The notes under the pieces: generated by a model | Told to the model about the DNA's origin: nothing | Databases searched by the model: none | What the model saw: only the letters and a program-made list of their open reading frames with translations | Made by a program: the position numbers and the translations under genes | DNA from: an uncultured Methanoregulaceae archaeon | GTDB lineage: Archaea; Halobacteriota; Methanomicrobia; Methanomicrobiales; Methanospirillaceae | Reading direction: 5' to 3' | DNA: 64,000 nucleotides | Assembly (NCBI GenBank): GCA_963737635.1 | Contig: CAVTTL010000001.1 | Coordinates: 1,120,001-1,184,000 of the forward strand | Shown here: positions 32,753-42,952 of the stretch, piece after piece | Position numbering within the stretch: position 1 is the stretch's first letter | How the letters are laid out: each line of letters opens with the position of its first letter

Positions 32753-33529
32753 ATGGATGAAAAACAGGAGACTGGGAAAAAAACAGAAAAAGCGACATTT
32801 GCCGGTGGGTGCTTCTGGTGCATGCAGCCGCCTTTCAGGATTGCTGAAGGTGTGATCAGTGCGATTTCAGGCTATGCAGGTGGCACAAAAGAAAATCCCA
32901 CGTACGAGGAGGTATCTTCCGGTACAACGGGACATGTCGAGGCAGTTCAGGTGACCTACGATGAAGAAAAAATATCGTATGACTCGCTGCTCGATATTTT
33001 CTGGAAACAGATAGACCCAACTGATCCTGCAGGCCAGTTCGCGGATAAAGGATCGCAATACAAGACAGTCATATTCTACCACGACGATGAACAAAAAAAG
33101 CTTGCAGAAGCATCAAAGAAGAAAATTGAAGCATCGGGAAAGTTTGCAAAACCCATTACCACAGAGATCCGGCCTTATACGAATTTCTACCCTGCCGAAG
33201 AGTACCATCAGGATTACGACCAGAAAAATCCGGGGCGTTACAGGGAATACAAAGTCCTTTCCGGCCGCGAATCGTTCATTAGTAAAATGTGGGAGACGCC
33301 ACGTGTTGTCCGCGTCTATGCCACTCCGGGATGTACCGGCTGCCGTGCAGTCAAGGAGTACCTCAAATCTAAGAAAGTGGAATTCACCGAAATTGATATT
33401 GCAGCCGATGAAGAGGCAAGAAATATGGTGATTGAAAAAACCGGCCACATCGGATCCCCAATCGTCCAGATAGGTGAAACCTTCATCTTTGGGTTTGACA
33501 AGAGGAAAATGGATCAATTACTGCCGTGA
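32753..33529 (+). CDS. msrA: Peptide methionine sulfoxide reductase MsrA fused to a glutaredoxin-like domain
   Basis: FAGGCFWC, FYPAEEYHQDY; C-terminal YATPGCTGC..P.V.IG..GFD. Confidence 0.92.
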   Translation: MDEKQETGKKTEKATFAGGCFWCMQPPFRIAEGVISAISGYAGGTKENPTYEEVSSGTTGHVEAVQVTYDEEKISYDSLLDIFWKQIDPTDPAGQFADKGSQYKTVIFYHDDEQKKLAEASKKKIEASGKFAKPITTEIRPYTNFYPAEEYHQDYDQKNPGRYREYKVLSGRESFISKMWETPRVVRVYATPGCTGCRAVKEYLKSKKVEFTEIDIAADEEARNMVIEKTGHIGSPIVQIGETFIFGFDKRKMDQLLP

Positions 33530-33577
33530 TCTCATTTTACCTAATTACGACCTTCCCCTATTTTCTGATGGAGGAAT

Positions 33578-33628
33578 CATTTCAGTACATGTTTCAAAAT
33601 CTGCTTTTTGAGGAAGATCCTTTAAAAT
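33578..33628 (+). promoter_or_regulatory. Stress-regulon promoter module 2 (upstream of sod)
   Basis: catttcagtaca tgtttcaaaatctgctttttgaggaagatcc TTTAAAAT. Confidence 0.8.
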
Positions 33629-33703
33629 TTCGTGGGAAATACCGAAACCGGATAGGACTATTCCTTTCATGATTAGTCCTCGAGAAAAAGGGAGGTATTG
33701 AAC

Positions 33704-34321
33704 ATGGAATCAGACAAATTCTACACGTTACCGAAGCTGCCTTATGACTATACAGCCTTGAAACCCTATATTTCTGAAGAACAACTAAAACTGCATCATC
33801 AGAAGCATCACCAGGCGTATGTCAACGGGGCAAATGCCATCTACGAGAAATTTGATAAAGCACGTAAAGAGAATTCAGACTTTGACGTTAAAGCGACATT
33901 CAAAGAGTTGTCATTCCATATAGGAGGATTTAAGCTCCACAATTTATTCTGGGAGAACCTTGCTCCCGCTGGGAAAGGCGGAGGCGGCGCTCCAAAAGGA
34001 GCACTTGGGGAAGCAATTAATACGGAGTTTGGGAAGTTCGACCGTTTCAAAAAAGAGTTTACTCAGGCCGCAGCAAGTGCCGAGGGATCAGGATGGGCCG
34101 CGCTGACGTTCTGCAGGAAAACCGGAAGGCCGCTTATAATGCAGATAGAGAAACACAATACCAATGTCTTCCCCGGTTTCGACATTATCATGGTCCTTGA
34201 TGTCTGGGAGCATGCGTATTATCTCGATTATAAGAATGATCGGGCAAAATTTGTCGATGCATTCTGGAATATCGTAAACTGGGATGAAATCGGCAGGCGC
34301 TTTGACCAGGTACGGAAATGA
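33704..34321 (+). CDS. sod: Fe/Mn superoxide dismutase
   Basis: [18 protein letters not shown]. Confidence 0.97.
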   Translation: MESDKFYTLPKLPYDYTALKPYISEEQLKLHHQKHHQAYVNGANAIYEKFDKARKENSDFDVKATFKELSFHIGGFKLHNLFWENLAPAGKGGGGAPKGALGEAINTEFGKFDRFKKEFTQAAASAEGSGWAALTFCRKTGRPLIMQIEKHNTNVFPGFDIIMVLDVWEHAYYLDYKNDRAKFVDAFWNIVNWDEIGRRFDQVRK

Positions 34322-34479
34322 TAAAAACGCCGGGAAAGGTAATCCGGTGCAACAGGAAATCGGTACTGGTTCTTTATGATCAGATTGCCTGTAAAATAAG
34401 ATCATAAATTATTTCAACGGGAACCTGCAACGCCATCGCCGGCCTTTTAGGTTATCGCCGAATACTGGTGAATTGAACT

Positions 34480-35871
34480 ATGGCTGTGGAATATGATCTG
34501 ATTGTTATCGGAACTGGTGCGGCTGGCGTATCAGCAGCTACTACAGCAGTGCATCTGGATGCAGCTCATGTAGCCGTTATTGAGCGAGGGCCTCTCTGGG
34601 GCACATGTGTCAATACCGGGTGTATCCCAAGCAAATTTCTCCTTACTTTGGCCGGTTACAACTATTACCGTGGACATGGGCATACTGGTGTCCATATGGA
34701 GAGTCAGCTCGATCTTAAACAGGTGCTCGAGGAAAAAAATGTACTCCAGAAAAAGCTGCGGGAGAAAAAACGAGACAACCTTTTCACCAGACTTGGCGTC
34801 GAGCTTATAGAAGGGGAAGCGAAATTTCTCTCACCTTCTGTATTGCAGGTAGGCGACAGAAAACTCACTGCACAGCGTTTTATCATCGCGACTGGTTCTT
34901 CGCCTGCAGTCCCACCCCTTGACGGTATCAGATCGGTCCCGCTCATGACAAGCACGGACGCTATGGACCAGGAACAGATTCCCTCAACACTTACCATAAT
35001 CGGGGGAAGAGCACTCGGCCTTGAATTTGCCCAGCTGTATGCCCATTTGGGGACCCGTGTCACCCTTATCCAAAGAAGCCCCCGGATCATTCCTGAGGAA
35101 GATCCCGAGATCGCGGGCCTGATGACTGGCTATCTAACTCGTGAAGGGATTAATATCATCACTGGTGCGGAAATCAGGCGTATTGAACGAGCCGGGAGTG
35201 CGATTTCGGTTATTGTACGCGTTGGCGCAGAACAAAGGGTTATCTCTGGGGAACATCTCTTCCTTGCGACGGGACGTTCCCCGAATACAAAAGAACTCGA
35301 CCCCGGATCTGCAGGAGTTGACACGAGAAAAGACGGGGCAGTTATTGTTGATACTACCTTGAAGACATCTGCTCCCCACATTTGGGCAGCTGGTGATGTG
35401 ACCGGTGAACCGATGCTCGAAACAGCGGCAAAGTACGGCGGCGAAATCGCTGCATCAAATGCCCTGCGGGAATTGAAACGATCATACAATAGTGCGCTTC
35501 TCCCCAAGGGGATCTTCACCATGCCACAGGTTGCGAGCGTGGGAATGACTGAAGAGAGCGCCCGCAGAGCCGGCATGCAACCGGTATCACACAGCATCAG
35601 CACTGACTCGATGGCAAAGTTCTCGATAGATGGAGACACACGGGGCCTCGTAAAAATCGTTGCCGACCGGGCGACCCGGCGTATCTTGGGAGTTCACATC
35701 TGCGCTCCGCTTGCCACCGAAATGATCCAGGAAGGGGTCATTGCTGTTATGAGATACCTGACCGTGGATGATCTTGCGGGAACCCCTCACATCTTCCCAA
35801 CAGCGACAGAAGCACTTGCCGTTTGTGCCCGCGGCTTGCGGGACCATACCGGATCGTATCCTGAATGTTGA
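34480..35871 (+). CDS. Pyridine nucleotide-disulfide oxidoreductase, MerA-like
   Basis: GTGAAG, GTCVNTGCIPSK, WAAGDV, HIFPT; no C-terminal CC. Confidence 0.8.
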   Translation: MAVEYDLIVIGTGAAGVSAATTAVHLDAAHVAVIERGPLWGTCVNTGCIPSKFLLTLAGYNYYRGHGHTGVHMESQLDLKQVLEEKNVLQKKLREKKRDNLFTRLGVELIEGEAKFLSPSVLQVGDRKLTAQRFIIATGSSPAVPPLDGIRSVPLMTSTDAMDQEQIPSTLTIIGGRALGLEFAQLYAHLGTRVTLIQRSPRIIPEEDPEIAGLMTGYLTREGINIITGAEIRRIERAGSAISVIVRVGAEQRVISGEHLFLATGRSPNTKELDPGSAGVDTRKDGAVIVDTTLKTSAPHIWAAGDVTGEPMLETAAKYGGEIAASNALRELKRSYNSALLPKGIFTMPQVASVGMTEESARRAGMQPVSHSISTDSMAKFSIDGDTRGLVKIVADRATRRILGVHICAPLATEMIQEGVIAVMRYLTVDDLAGTPHIFPTATEALAVCARGLRDHTGSYPEC

Positions 35872-35897
35872 GTATTTCCTGAAATAGGGCAGAATCA

Positions 35898-35948
35898 TTT
35901 TTCAAATGATGTTCTATAATTTGGAAATTGTCAAAATAATTATCTGAT
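35898..35948 (+). promoter_or_regulatory. Degenerate copy of the promoter module
   Basis: tttttcaaatga tgttctataatttgg.. same 12-bp period, poor BRE/TATA. Confidence 0.3.
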
Positions 35949-35978
35949 GTTTGGACGCGACTACAGTGAAGTGGTTGT

Positions 35979-36876
35979 ATGAAAGCGTGTCTTGTGCTCA
36001 TGGCATTCTTGGTATTGATATCGATCCTTCTTGTCACTGGTTGCACCCAGAATCAAGCGTCCCAATCGGCAGCTCAGTCTGGTTCACCTCCGGCGTCGCA
36101 GCAGGCCACTCAGTCTGCTGATACCATTAAGGTTGCATCGTCTTCTCTGGGAAATATTCTCGTAGATGCACAGGGCAAGACCCTGTATTATTTTGCTCTT
36201 GACGTACCTGCAAGCGGTGCAAGCGTATGCAGTGGCTCATGTGCGGGTATCTGGCCGGTCTTCTATACCGGGGCGATTACCGTATCGCCGCCTCTAATGG
36301 CGTCCGACTTTTCGTCCTTCGTCCGGTCTGACGGCATGAACCAGACGACATACCGTGGATGGCCGCTCTATTACTTCCAAGGAGACAACAACCCCGGCGA
36401 CATCTCTGGTGAGAATGTCACCCATAACTGGTTTGTAGTCAAACCGGATGAAACCGTAATGATCGCCCAGCGTAGTTCATTAGGTTTATTCCTCGTCGAC
36501 AAGATGGGTAATACCCTGTATTACTTCGCAAAAGATACTCCGGGGATGAGTTCCTGTACAGGGGCATGCACGGGAAAATGGCCCCCATTCAATGCCGGGA
36601 CGGTTAGTGCTCCATCAGGTACTAAACCCGGCAGATTTCAGTACAGTGACGAGATCAGATGGAACTAACCAGTCCGCGTTTATGGGAAGACCGCTGTATT
36701 ATTTCTCCAACGATACTATGCCCGGGCAGACAAACGGCGAGGGGTTCAATAATCTCTGGTATGTTGCAAACGTTACCGGTTACGCTCCATCTGCACCCAC
36801 ACCAACACCTACACCGACCCCAACCCCCACACCAACCCCGACAACAGTGTCTTACGGTGGAGGAGGGGGCTATTAG
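35979..36876 (+). CDS. COG4315-type secreted repeat lipoprotein (Y-X4-D); one extra G at ~36618
   Basis: TGC lipobox-like signal; repeated G.TLYYF..D / CxGxC...WP / GxPLYYF; PT-rich tail. Confidence 0.85.
36793..36843 (+). repeat. Pro-Thr coding repeat linker
   Basis: APTPTPTPTPTPTPTPT. Confidence 0.8.
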
Positions 36877-36904
36877 AGAGGATCCGGTGTTAAACGGGGG
36901 CTGT

Positions 36905-37981
36905 ATGAGTGTCTTATCTCCCTACAGGATGGGGGACCTCGTTCTTTCGAACCGGATGGTTATGGCACCGATGACCCGGTGTCGTGCTGGAAAAGGCAAT
37001 ATACCGGGTCCATTATCGGTTATCTATTATGAGCAGAGATCATCCGCAGGTCTCATTATTTCTGAAGGTTCACAGGTAAGCCCCCAAGGTGTTGGTTTCT
37101 ACCGGACACCAGGAATTTATTCAACCGGACAAGTTGAAGGCTGGAAAAGTGTAACACGGGCGGTTCATCGCGCCGGGGGAAAGATCTTCCTCCAGCTCTG
37201 GCACGTTGGGCGTATGTCACACCCCGATTACCTGAACGGCGGGCTTCCGGTCGCCCCGTCAGCGCTTCCGGTCAACGAAGAGATCCATACTCCGGTTGGC
37301 AAGAAAATGATCCCGGTTCCCCGGGCACTCGAACCAAAGGAGATCCCGGAGATCGTACAGCAGTTCGGGAAAGGTGCCGCAAACGCGAAAGAAGCAGGTT
37401 TTGACGGTGTTGAAATCCATGGAGCAAATGGTTACCTGCTGGACCAGTTTCTCAGGGATGGTTCGAACCAAAGGACGGATAACTATGGGGGAACTCTTAA
37501 AAACCGGGCACGTTTACCGCTTGCGGTTGCTGAAGAAGTGGCAAGGGTGTGGGGCCCAAAAAGAGTTGGGTATAAAATCTCACCTCATTTTCTAAACCAT
37601 GCCATGTCTGATACGAATCCCCGGGAGACCTTTGCTTACTTGGCACAGGAGCTGGGCAGGCTGGGTATAGGCTATATTCATCTTGTGGAGCCGATCGGGG
37701 GAAGGCTCGGGCAAATACAACCCGAGATGCAGATGGCCCCTCTAATCCGTAAAAAATTCGATGGCACGCTTATCCTTAACGGAGGCTATGATCTCAAAAG
37801 CAGCACTGAAGCAATTGAGAGCGGCCTTGCTGACCTGATCGCTTTCGGTGTCCTGTTCCTGGCAAACCCGGATCTTCCCGAGAGATTCGGGAAGAATACG
37901 TCTCTGAATCGCGAAGACATCTCAACATTTTATTCAGGTGAAGAGAAGGGATACACGGATTACCCGTCGCTCGGGTCGTAG
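36905..37981 (+). CDS. Old yellow enzyme / alkene reductase (NemA-like)
   Basis: MAPMTRCRA, QLWHVGR, EIHGANGYLLDQF, GYTDYP. Confidence 0.93.
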   Translation: MSVLSPYRMGDLVLSNRMVMAPMTRCRAGKGNIPGPLSVIYYEQRSSAGLIISEGSQVSPQGVGFYRTPGIYSTGQVEGWKSVTRAVHRAGGKIFLQLWHVGRMSHPDYLNGGLPVAPSALPVNEEIHTPVGKKMIPVPRALEPKEIPEIVQQFGKGAANAKEAGFDGVEIHGANGYLLDQFLRDGSNQRTDNYGGTLKNRARLPLAVAEEVARVWGPKRVGYKISPHFLNHAMSDTNPRETFAYLAQELGRLGIGYIHLVEPIGGRLGQIQPEMQMAPLIRKKFDGTLILNGGYDLKSSTEAIESGLADLIAFGVLFLANPDLPERFGKNTSLNREDISTFYSGEEKGYTDYPSLGS

Positions 37982-38041
37982 AAGAAAATCAGGAACAAGG
38001 GTAGTCCTTAAAGGGTAGATTCACTCAAAAAAAGTTTTACG

Positions 38042-38353
38042 TCATTTTTTCCCGAGAAGTCCCTGAGCATACCGTTGTGCCATCTCGGACCCCTTCGTGC
38101 AATAGAACCTGTTTTTGAGCCCGATCTCGCTCGTAACCGGGCAGGTCGGGCAAATACAATCTTTCTCCTGGGAAATACAGACAAAACTCTTTCCTTCTGC
38201 ACAAAAGAGTATTTCCTTGGCATTCTTCGCACATCCAGTGTATGTCGGGCATGAAGGACAGGTACACATCTTCTTGAACGTTTCCACTGCCTCCATCATC
38301 TGGGCAGGCGACATTCCTGCCATCGACTTCATCGCATCATCGAATTTGTCCAT
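38042..38353 (-). CDS. DUF2769-like Cys-rich protein
   Basis: C.CPSCPTY..C..LFC..GKS..C..C.CPTCPV..FYC..G. Confidence 0.8.
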   Translation of the reverse strand: MDKFDDAMKSMAGMSPAQMMEAVETFKKMCTCPSCPTYTGCAKNAKEILFCAEGKSFVCISQEKDCICPTCPVTSEIGLKNRFYCTKGSEMAQRYAQGLLGKK

Positions 38354-38372
38354 GATATTTCCCTCCGACTAT

Positions 38373-38852
38373 CTATTCAATGGCAATTTTTCCCCCGGAA
38401 TCTTTTGCTACCTTCTTGAGATGGATTTCCAGAACACCATTCTTGAACGTTGCAGAGGAAGCATTTTCTGTCACCGGTTTTGGGAGGGGAACGATCCGTG
38501 TCATCGATCCAAAACTGCGCTCACGCAGATAGTAGCCCTCGTTTTCCTCTTTTCTTTCCTCCCTGCGTTCGCAGGATATCTCAAGAGCTTGCGGAGTAAC
38601 CAGATCTAGAGAAATATCCTTTTTGGCCAGTCCCGGGATCATATCGGCAGTCACGACAACTTCGTCGTCCTTTTCGGTGACATCTACATGCAAGTCTGTG
38701 CGCTGTGCAGGAAGCATCTTTGTCCCTGCTTCCGCGGTAGCGGGTAACAACGCCGCCGGGCCAGTATCGTACATCTGCCGCGACAAAGACTCCATATACT
38801 TCCGCATGTCTTCGAGTTCATCAAAGATCGATCTATAATACCATCGGACCAT
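38373..38852 (-). CDS. Hsp20/alpha-crystallin small heat-shock protein
   Basis: VDV.E....ADMIPG, RERSFG..R..LP, A.FKNGVLEI. Confidence 0.93.
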   Translation of the reverse strand: MVRWYYRSIFDELEDMRKYMESLSRQMYDTGPAALLPATAEAGTKMLPAQRTDLHVDVTEKDDEVVVTADMIPGLAKKDISLDLVTPQALEISCERREERKEENEGYYLRERSFGSMTRIVPLPKPVTENASSATFKNGVLEIHLKKVAKDSGGKIAIE

Positions 38853-38970
38853 TATTCTCACCCCATTTTTTAGTGCGGATCCCAATCCGCAGAAGGTAAG
38901 GAATCATTGTTATCCCGATGTGTCCCCGGGTAACCTGCTATCCTTATCAGGTAGCATATTGTTGAAGAAT

Positions 38971-39021
38971 ATTTTATCAATTTAATCTGAAAACTCATAT
39001 TTTGAAACATTTTTTGAAAAG
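38971..39021 (-). promoter_or_regulatory. Stress-regulon promoter module 3 (upstream of hsp20)
   Basis: Reverse complement: cttttcaaaaaa tgtttcaaaatatgagttttcagattaaatt GATAAAAT. Confidence 0.72.
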
Positions 39022-39082
39022 AATAATACCGGTCGTTCGTGCCTGGATAGGCAACCCGAGCTGAGAATTATCTACGATTAGA

Positions 39083-39359
39083 TCAACTGGTTAAATCTTC
39101 GGGTCTCAGCAACGAAAGGACAGCCTCAATATTGGAGATCTCGCGCTTGATGATTTCTTCATGAAAATAGTACCTCAGTTTTTGTTCGAATTTCAACCGG
39201 AAATTGTGGTTCCATCCGTGTCCCGGATCGGTACTGGTTCCTGATATAGAACTGGAACTCGTCAAGATCCTGGCGGGTGAGTTTGTCGATGAACATTGCC
39301 TGGTACTTATTCATCAGGTACTGTTTCGTATCTCCAAAAGGAATGTTTTCTTGTGCCAT
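39083..39359 (-). CDS. Small hypothetical protein (~90 aa), joined by removing one G at 39230/39231
   Basis: MAQENIPF..RNQY+DPGHGWNHNFRLKFEQKLRYYF..; two overlapping ORFs that join in frame. Confidence 0.5.
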
Positions 39360-39374
39360 GTTATCCACGAAGTG

Positions 39375-39599
39375 TCATACCGACGATTTAATCCTGTGCA
39401 GATCGGGGTCAATCAGATAAATTGCCGGATTGTTAAGGAGATCAAGCACATTGATCTTCTGATCGATAAGCTCATCATAGGTGAAGAAATTGTTATTCTC
39501 ATTTCCTGCACCGGACCAGAACACCTGGACACCATTTTGGTATTTTTTACTACTTTCAATCTGTTGCATTTTTTTCCTCTTCCTATCTCTCCTCTTCAT
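39375..39599 (-). CDS. Small hypothetical protein downstream of dnaK
   Basis: Compact ORF co-oriented with dnaK, globular composition. Confidence 0.55.
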   Translation of the reverse strand: MKRRDRKRKKMQQIESSKKYQNGVQVFWSGAGNENNNFFTYDELIDQKINVLDLLNNPAIYLIDPDLHRIKSSV

Positions 39600-39753
39600 G
39601 CCATTCCGGGAAATGAAGTCCCAATGGCAGACGCTTCTCTTCTGGACTATTTGCTCCGTGCCGGAATGCCGTTTTCAGATCGTCAGGTGAAGCATCCCAT
39701 CTTACGCCAAGTACCTCGTAATAATCACCCTTCGCCATGGGTCGGGGAAACTA

Positions 39754-41622
39754 TTATTTTTCATCATTCACTTTGAAATCCGCGTCGACAACCCGCTCGC
39801 CTCCCTGACCGCCTGGCTCTTCACCTGAGGATGCAGCCTGCGGGCCGGGCTGCTGCTGTGCTTGCCGGCGGGCGGTCTCCTGGTACGCGGCTGATCCCGC
39901 TTCCCCGAGAACCTTTTGGAGTTTTTCGGTTTCCGACTTTATTTTTGCAACATCCTTACCTTCCAGTGCCGCTTTGACAGCAGTTATTGCCCCGTTAAGC
40001 CGGTCCGTCACGTCAGCATCTAGTTTGTCGGCCAGGTCGACCTTCGTTTTTTCCGCAGTATACACTAAGGAATCGGCGGTATTGCGTGACTCAGACTCCT
40101 CTCTTATTGCCTTGTCCTGCTCCTCGTATTCTTTGGCATCGCTGACCATCTTTTTCACATCGCTGTCAGAAAGTTTCGTTGAAGCGGTAATGGTCATCTT
40201 CTGCTCTTTACCGGTGCCGAGATCTTTTGCCGAAACATTGAGGATACCGGAAGCATCGATATCGAACGTAACTTCGATCTGCGGAACGCCCCGGGGAGCC
40301 GGCGGAATGCCTACGAGGTTAAACTGGCCAAGGCTTACATTGTCTGCCGCCATCGCCCGTTCACCTTGGAGTACATGAATGGTAACCGAGGTCTGCATAT
40401 CTGCTGCGGTAGAAAAGATCTGGCTCTTCTTCGTCGGGATCGTCGTATTCCTGTCGATTAGAGGGGTTCTTACACTCCCAAGCGTTTCAAGGCCTAGGGT
40501 CAAGGGTGTGACATCGAGGAGCACCATGTCCGTGATCTCTCCTCCAAGGATCGCCCCCTGAATCGCTGCACCCATGGCAACGCACTCCATCGGATCGATG
40601 CCTCGTACCATCTTATTGCCGACATGATCTTCGATGAATTTCTGGACGACCGGCATCCGGGTCGGTCCCCCGACAAGGATCACCTTCTGGATATTCCCTT
40701 TGGTCAGTTTCGCATCTTTCAATGCCTGGTCGAACGGGACGATACACCGTTTAATGATCGGTTCAATCAGCTGTTCGAGCTTGGCACGTGACAATTTGAT
40801 GGAGAGATGCTTGGGGCCTGATTGTGTCGCAGAAACATAAGGAAGATTGATCTCAGTTTCGAGCACCGTCGAAAGCTCGATCTTTGCCTTCTCGGCTGCT
40901 TCTTTTACCCGGTTGATTGCCATCTTGTCGGTGCGTAGATCTATCCCTTCCTGCTTCTTGAACTCTGCCGCGATCCATTCGTAGATTGCATTGTCCATAT
41001 CGGTACCGCCGAGCTGGGTATCACCAGATGTCGCGAGAACGGTAAATGTACCGCCGCCAAACTCCATGATGGTGACATCGAGGGTACCACCACCAAGATC
41101 GAATACGAGGATCTTATACTCGCCTCCTTTATCAAGCCCATAAGCCATGGATGCCGCTGTGGGCTCGTTGACAAGCCGCACGACTTCGAGACCGGCAATT
41201 TTTCCCGCATCCTTGGTCGCCGTCCTCTGGTTGTCGTTAAAGTAGGCAGGTACCGTAATTACTGCCTTCTTTACTGGTTCGCCCAAGAAGGCTTCCGCGT
41301 CTCTTTTTATCTTCTGCAGGAGAAATGCCGAGATCTGCTGGGGTGTATATTCCTTCCCGTAAATCTTGTAAATATGAGAGGTGCCGATCTTCCTTTTTGC
41401 CGCTGTTACCGTGCCGTCAGGGTTGCTTACGGTCTGCCTTCTGGCTGGTTCCCCCACAAGGAGCTGGCCGTCAGCGGTAAATGCGACATACGAAGGAAAC
41501 ATTTTCCCGGCAACAGTCGCTCCTTCTGCAGAAGGAATAATAGTCGGTTTGCCGCCAACCATTACTGCTGCTTCGCTGTTGGATGTTCCAAGGTCAATAC
41601 CAATAATTTTTTCCTTACTCAT
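39754..41622 (-). CDS. dnaK: Chaperone DnaK (Hsp70)
   Basis: [30 protein letters not shown]-terminus. Confidence 0.98.
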   Translation of the reverse strand: MSKEKIIGIDLGTSNSEAAVMVGGKPTIIPSAEGATVAGKMFPSYVAFTADGQLLVGEPARRQTVSNPDGTVTAAKRKIGTSHIYKIYGKEYTPQQISAFLLQKIKRDAEAFLGEPVKKAVITVPAYFNDNQRTATKDAGKIAGLEVVRLVNEPTAASMAYGLDKGGEYKILVFDLGGGTLDVTIMEFGGGTFTVLATSGDTQLGGTDMDNAIYEWIAAEFKKQEGIDLRTDKMAINRVKEAAEKAKIELSTVLETEINLPYVSATQSGPKHLSIKLSRAKLEQLIEPIIKRCIVPFDQALKDAKLTKGNIQKVILVGGPTRMPVVQKFIEDHVGNKMVRGIDPMECVAMGAAIQGAILGGEITDMVLLDVTPLTLGLETLGSVRTPLIDRNTTIPTKKSQIFSTAADMQTSVTIHVLQGERAMAADNVSLGQFNLVGIPPAPRGVPQIEVTFDIDASGILNVSAKDLGTGKEQKMTITASTKLSDSDVKKMVSDAKEYEEQDKAIREESESRNTADSLVYTAEKTKVDLADKLDADVTDRLNGAITAVKAALEGKDVAKIKSETEKLQKVLGEAGSAAYQETARRQAQQQPGPQAASSGEEPGGQGGERVVDADFKVNDEK

Positions 41623-42103
41623 TCTTCTCACCTTTGGGTTCCACTATGTGTTCTGCAATCTTTACTTTCGAAGGCCTGATCACTTTGGATTTCAACCGGT
41701 AACCTTTTCCCAGATCCTCAAGGATCGTGTTCTGCTCGCCGGAGCACTTCTCTGTGCATATGGCTTCATGGCACTGTGGATCGAATTTTTTTCCGATGCA
41801 TTCTATAGGCTGCAGGCCATACGAGGATAGGACATTAATGAATTTTTTATAAATCATCTCCATTCCCTCCCTGTTTTTTTCCTGTTCGAGGCATGGAAAT
41901 GCATGTTCGAAATCATCAAGGATCACGAGGAGATCCTCTATCAGGCGCTCATTTGCGAGCTCCGTGATCAGCTCTTTTTCTTTTGCTGAGAACCTGCGAA
42001 AATTCTCAAAATCGGCCTGAAGGTACCTAAGCTGGTTAAGTCGCTCCCCGGCAAAACGGGTCTGTTCCTCAAGTTCTTTTTTTAGTTGTCCGATCTCATC
42101 CAT
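41615..42103 (-). CDS. grpE: Nucleotide exchange factor GrpE
   Basis: [29 protein letters not shown]; GAGGTGA RBS before ATG 42103. Confidence 0.93.
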   Translation of the reverse strand: MDEIGQLKKELEEQTRFAGERLNQLRYLQADFENFRRFSAKEKELITELANERLIEDLLVILDDFEHAFPCLEQEKNREGMEMIYKKFINVLSSYGLQPIECIGKKFDPQCHEAICTEKCSGEQNTILEDLGKGYRLKSKVIRPSKVKIAEHIVEPKGEKNE

Positions 42104-42399
42104 CGGATCACCTCTTTTTTTATCGCTCTCCGTATGCCTTTCAGTCAAACCGGGGATGGATCCAGTAACGCCGGATGAAATCGGAATATATACAGCTCTC
42201 TGAATGACAACGGTTACAACCATCTCCCGGACAATAAAATCCGCCAAGGTAAACTGTTGCAAAAGGGTATTTTTTAACGCATCCTTTGCCTTTGCACAAA
42301 TTACCCCCGTTTTTCTCTATGCTCTCACCCGTTACACGCAATCTGCCTGCAGTTTCAAATACGGGAATCGATCTCACCCGTGAGCGCATTAATTAGGAG

Positions 42400-42450
42400 A
42401 TATAATAGGATCTTTCTTAGAAACCAGATTTTGAAACAAAATTTGAAATA
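42400..42450 (-). promoter_or_regulatory. Stress-regulon promoter module 4 (upstream of grpE-dnaK)
   Basis: Reverse complement: tatttcaaattt tgtttcaaaatctggtttctaagaaagatcc TATTATAT. Confidence 0.82.
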
Positions 42451-42478
42451 TCAGGAGGATTTTTTTTAAGAAATCCAA

Positions 42479-42946
42479 TCAGCAATATCCTGTTCGCAGG
42501 TCTTCTGGCCTGCCTCCCGTCATCGCAAACCTGTTTTCAACATCCTCCTGGAAATATCCCAGGTGAATTAAATCACGCTGTATCGCGACAAAAAACGAGG
42601 GATTCAAGGGAATGCCGGAGTAATCAGCAAGGAGATCGGCAAGAATCCCTGGCAATTCAACCCCTCTTTCACGATAAATCTGCTGTAACAGCATGAAAAA
42701 TGCATTATTTACTGTATCATTTCCGTATAGATCAGGTTTATCGCGGGATAATCCCAATAGCCCGTCCCACATTTCGTAGATGCCATGTGCCCTGCAAAAC
42801 TGCGAAAACTGTTCGGATGCCAAGTAGTCAAGAATACCCAGACGCCGTAAATGATCTGCCAACTGCCTGATTAATTTCCGCCAATCCTGTGGTATGGGTA
42901 CACGATCTTCCCCGTGAAGGCCGCTTGATATCATAAATATGGACAT
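42479..42946 (-). CDS. Hypothetical protein
   Basis: 155-aa ORF abutting the GT4 gene in an operon. Confidence 0.55.
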   Translation of the reverse strand: MSIFMISSGLHGEDRVPIPQDWRKLIRQLADHLRRLGILDYLASEQFSQFCRAHGIYEMWDGLLGLSRDKPDLYGNDTVNNAFFMLLQQIYRERGVELPGILADLLADYSGIPLNPSFFVAIQRDLIHLGYFQEDVENRFAMTGGRPEDLRTGYC

Positions 42947-42952
42947 TATGAA

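Noticed and set aside
34480-35871. Mercury-resistance operon
   Set aside because: No merR/T/P, no NmerA domain, no C-terminal CC
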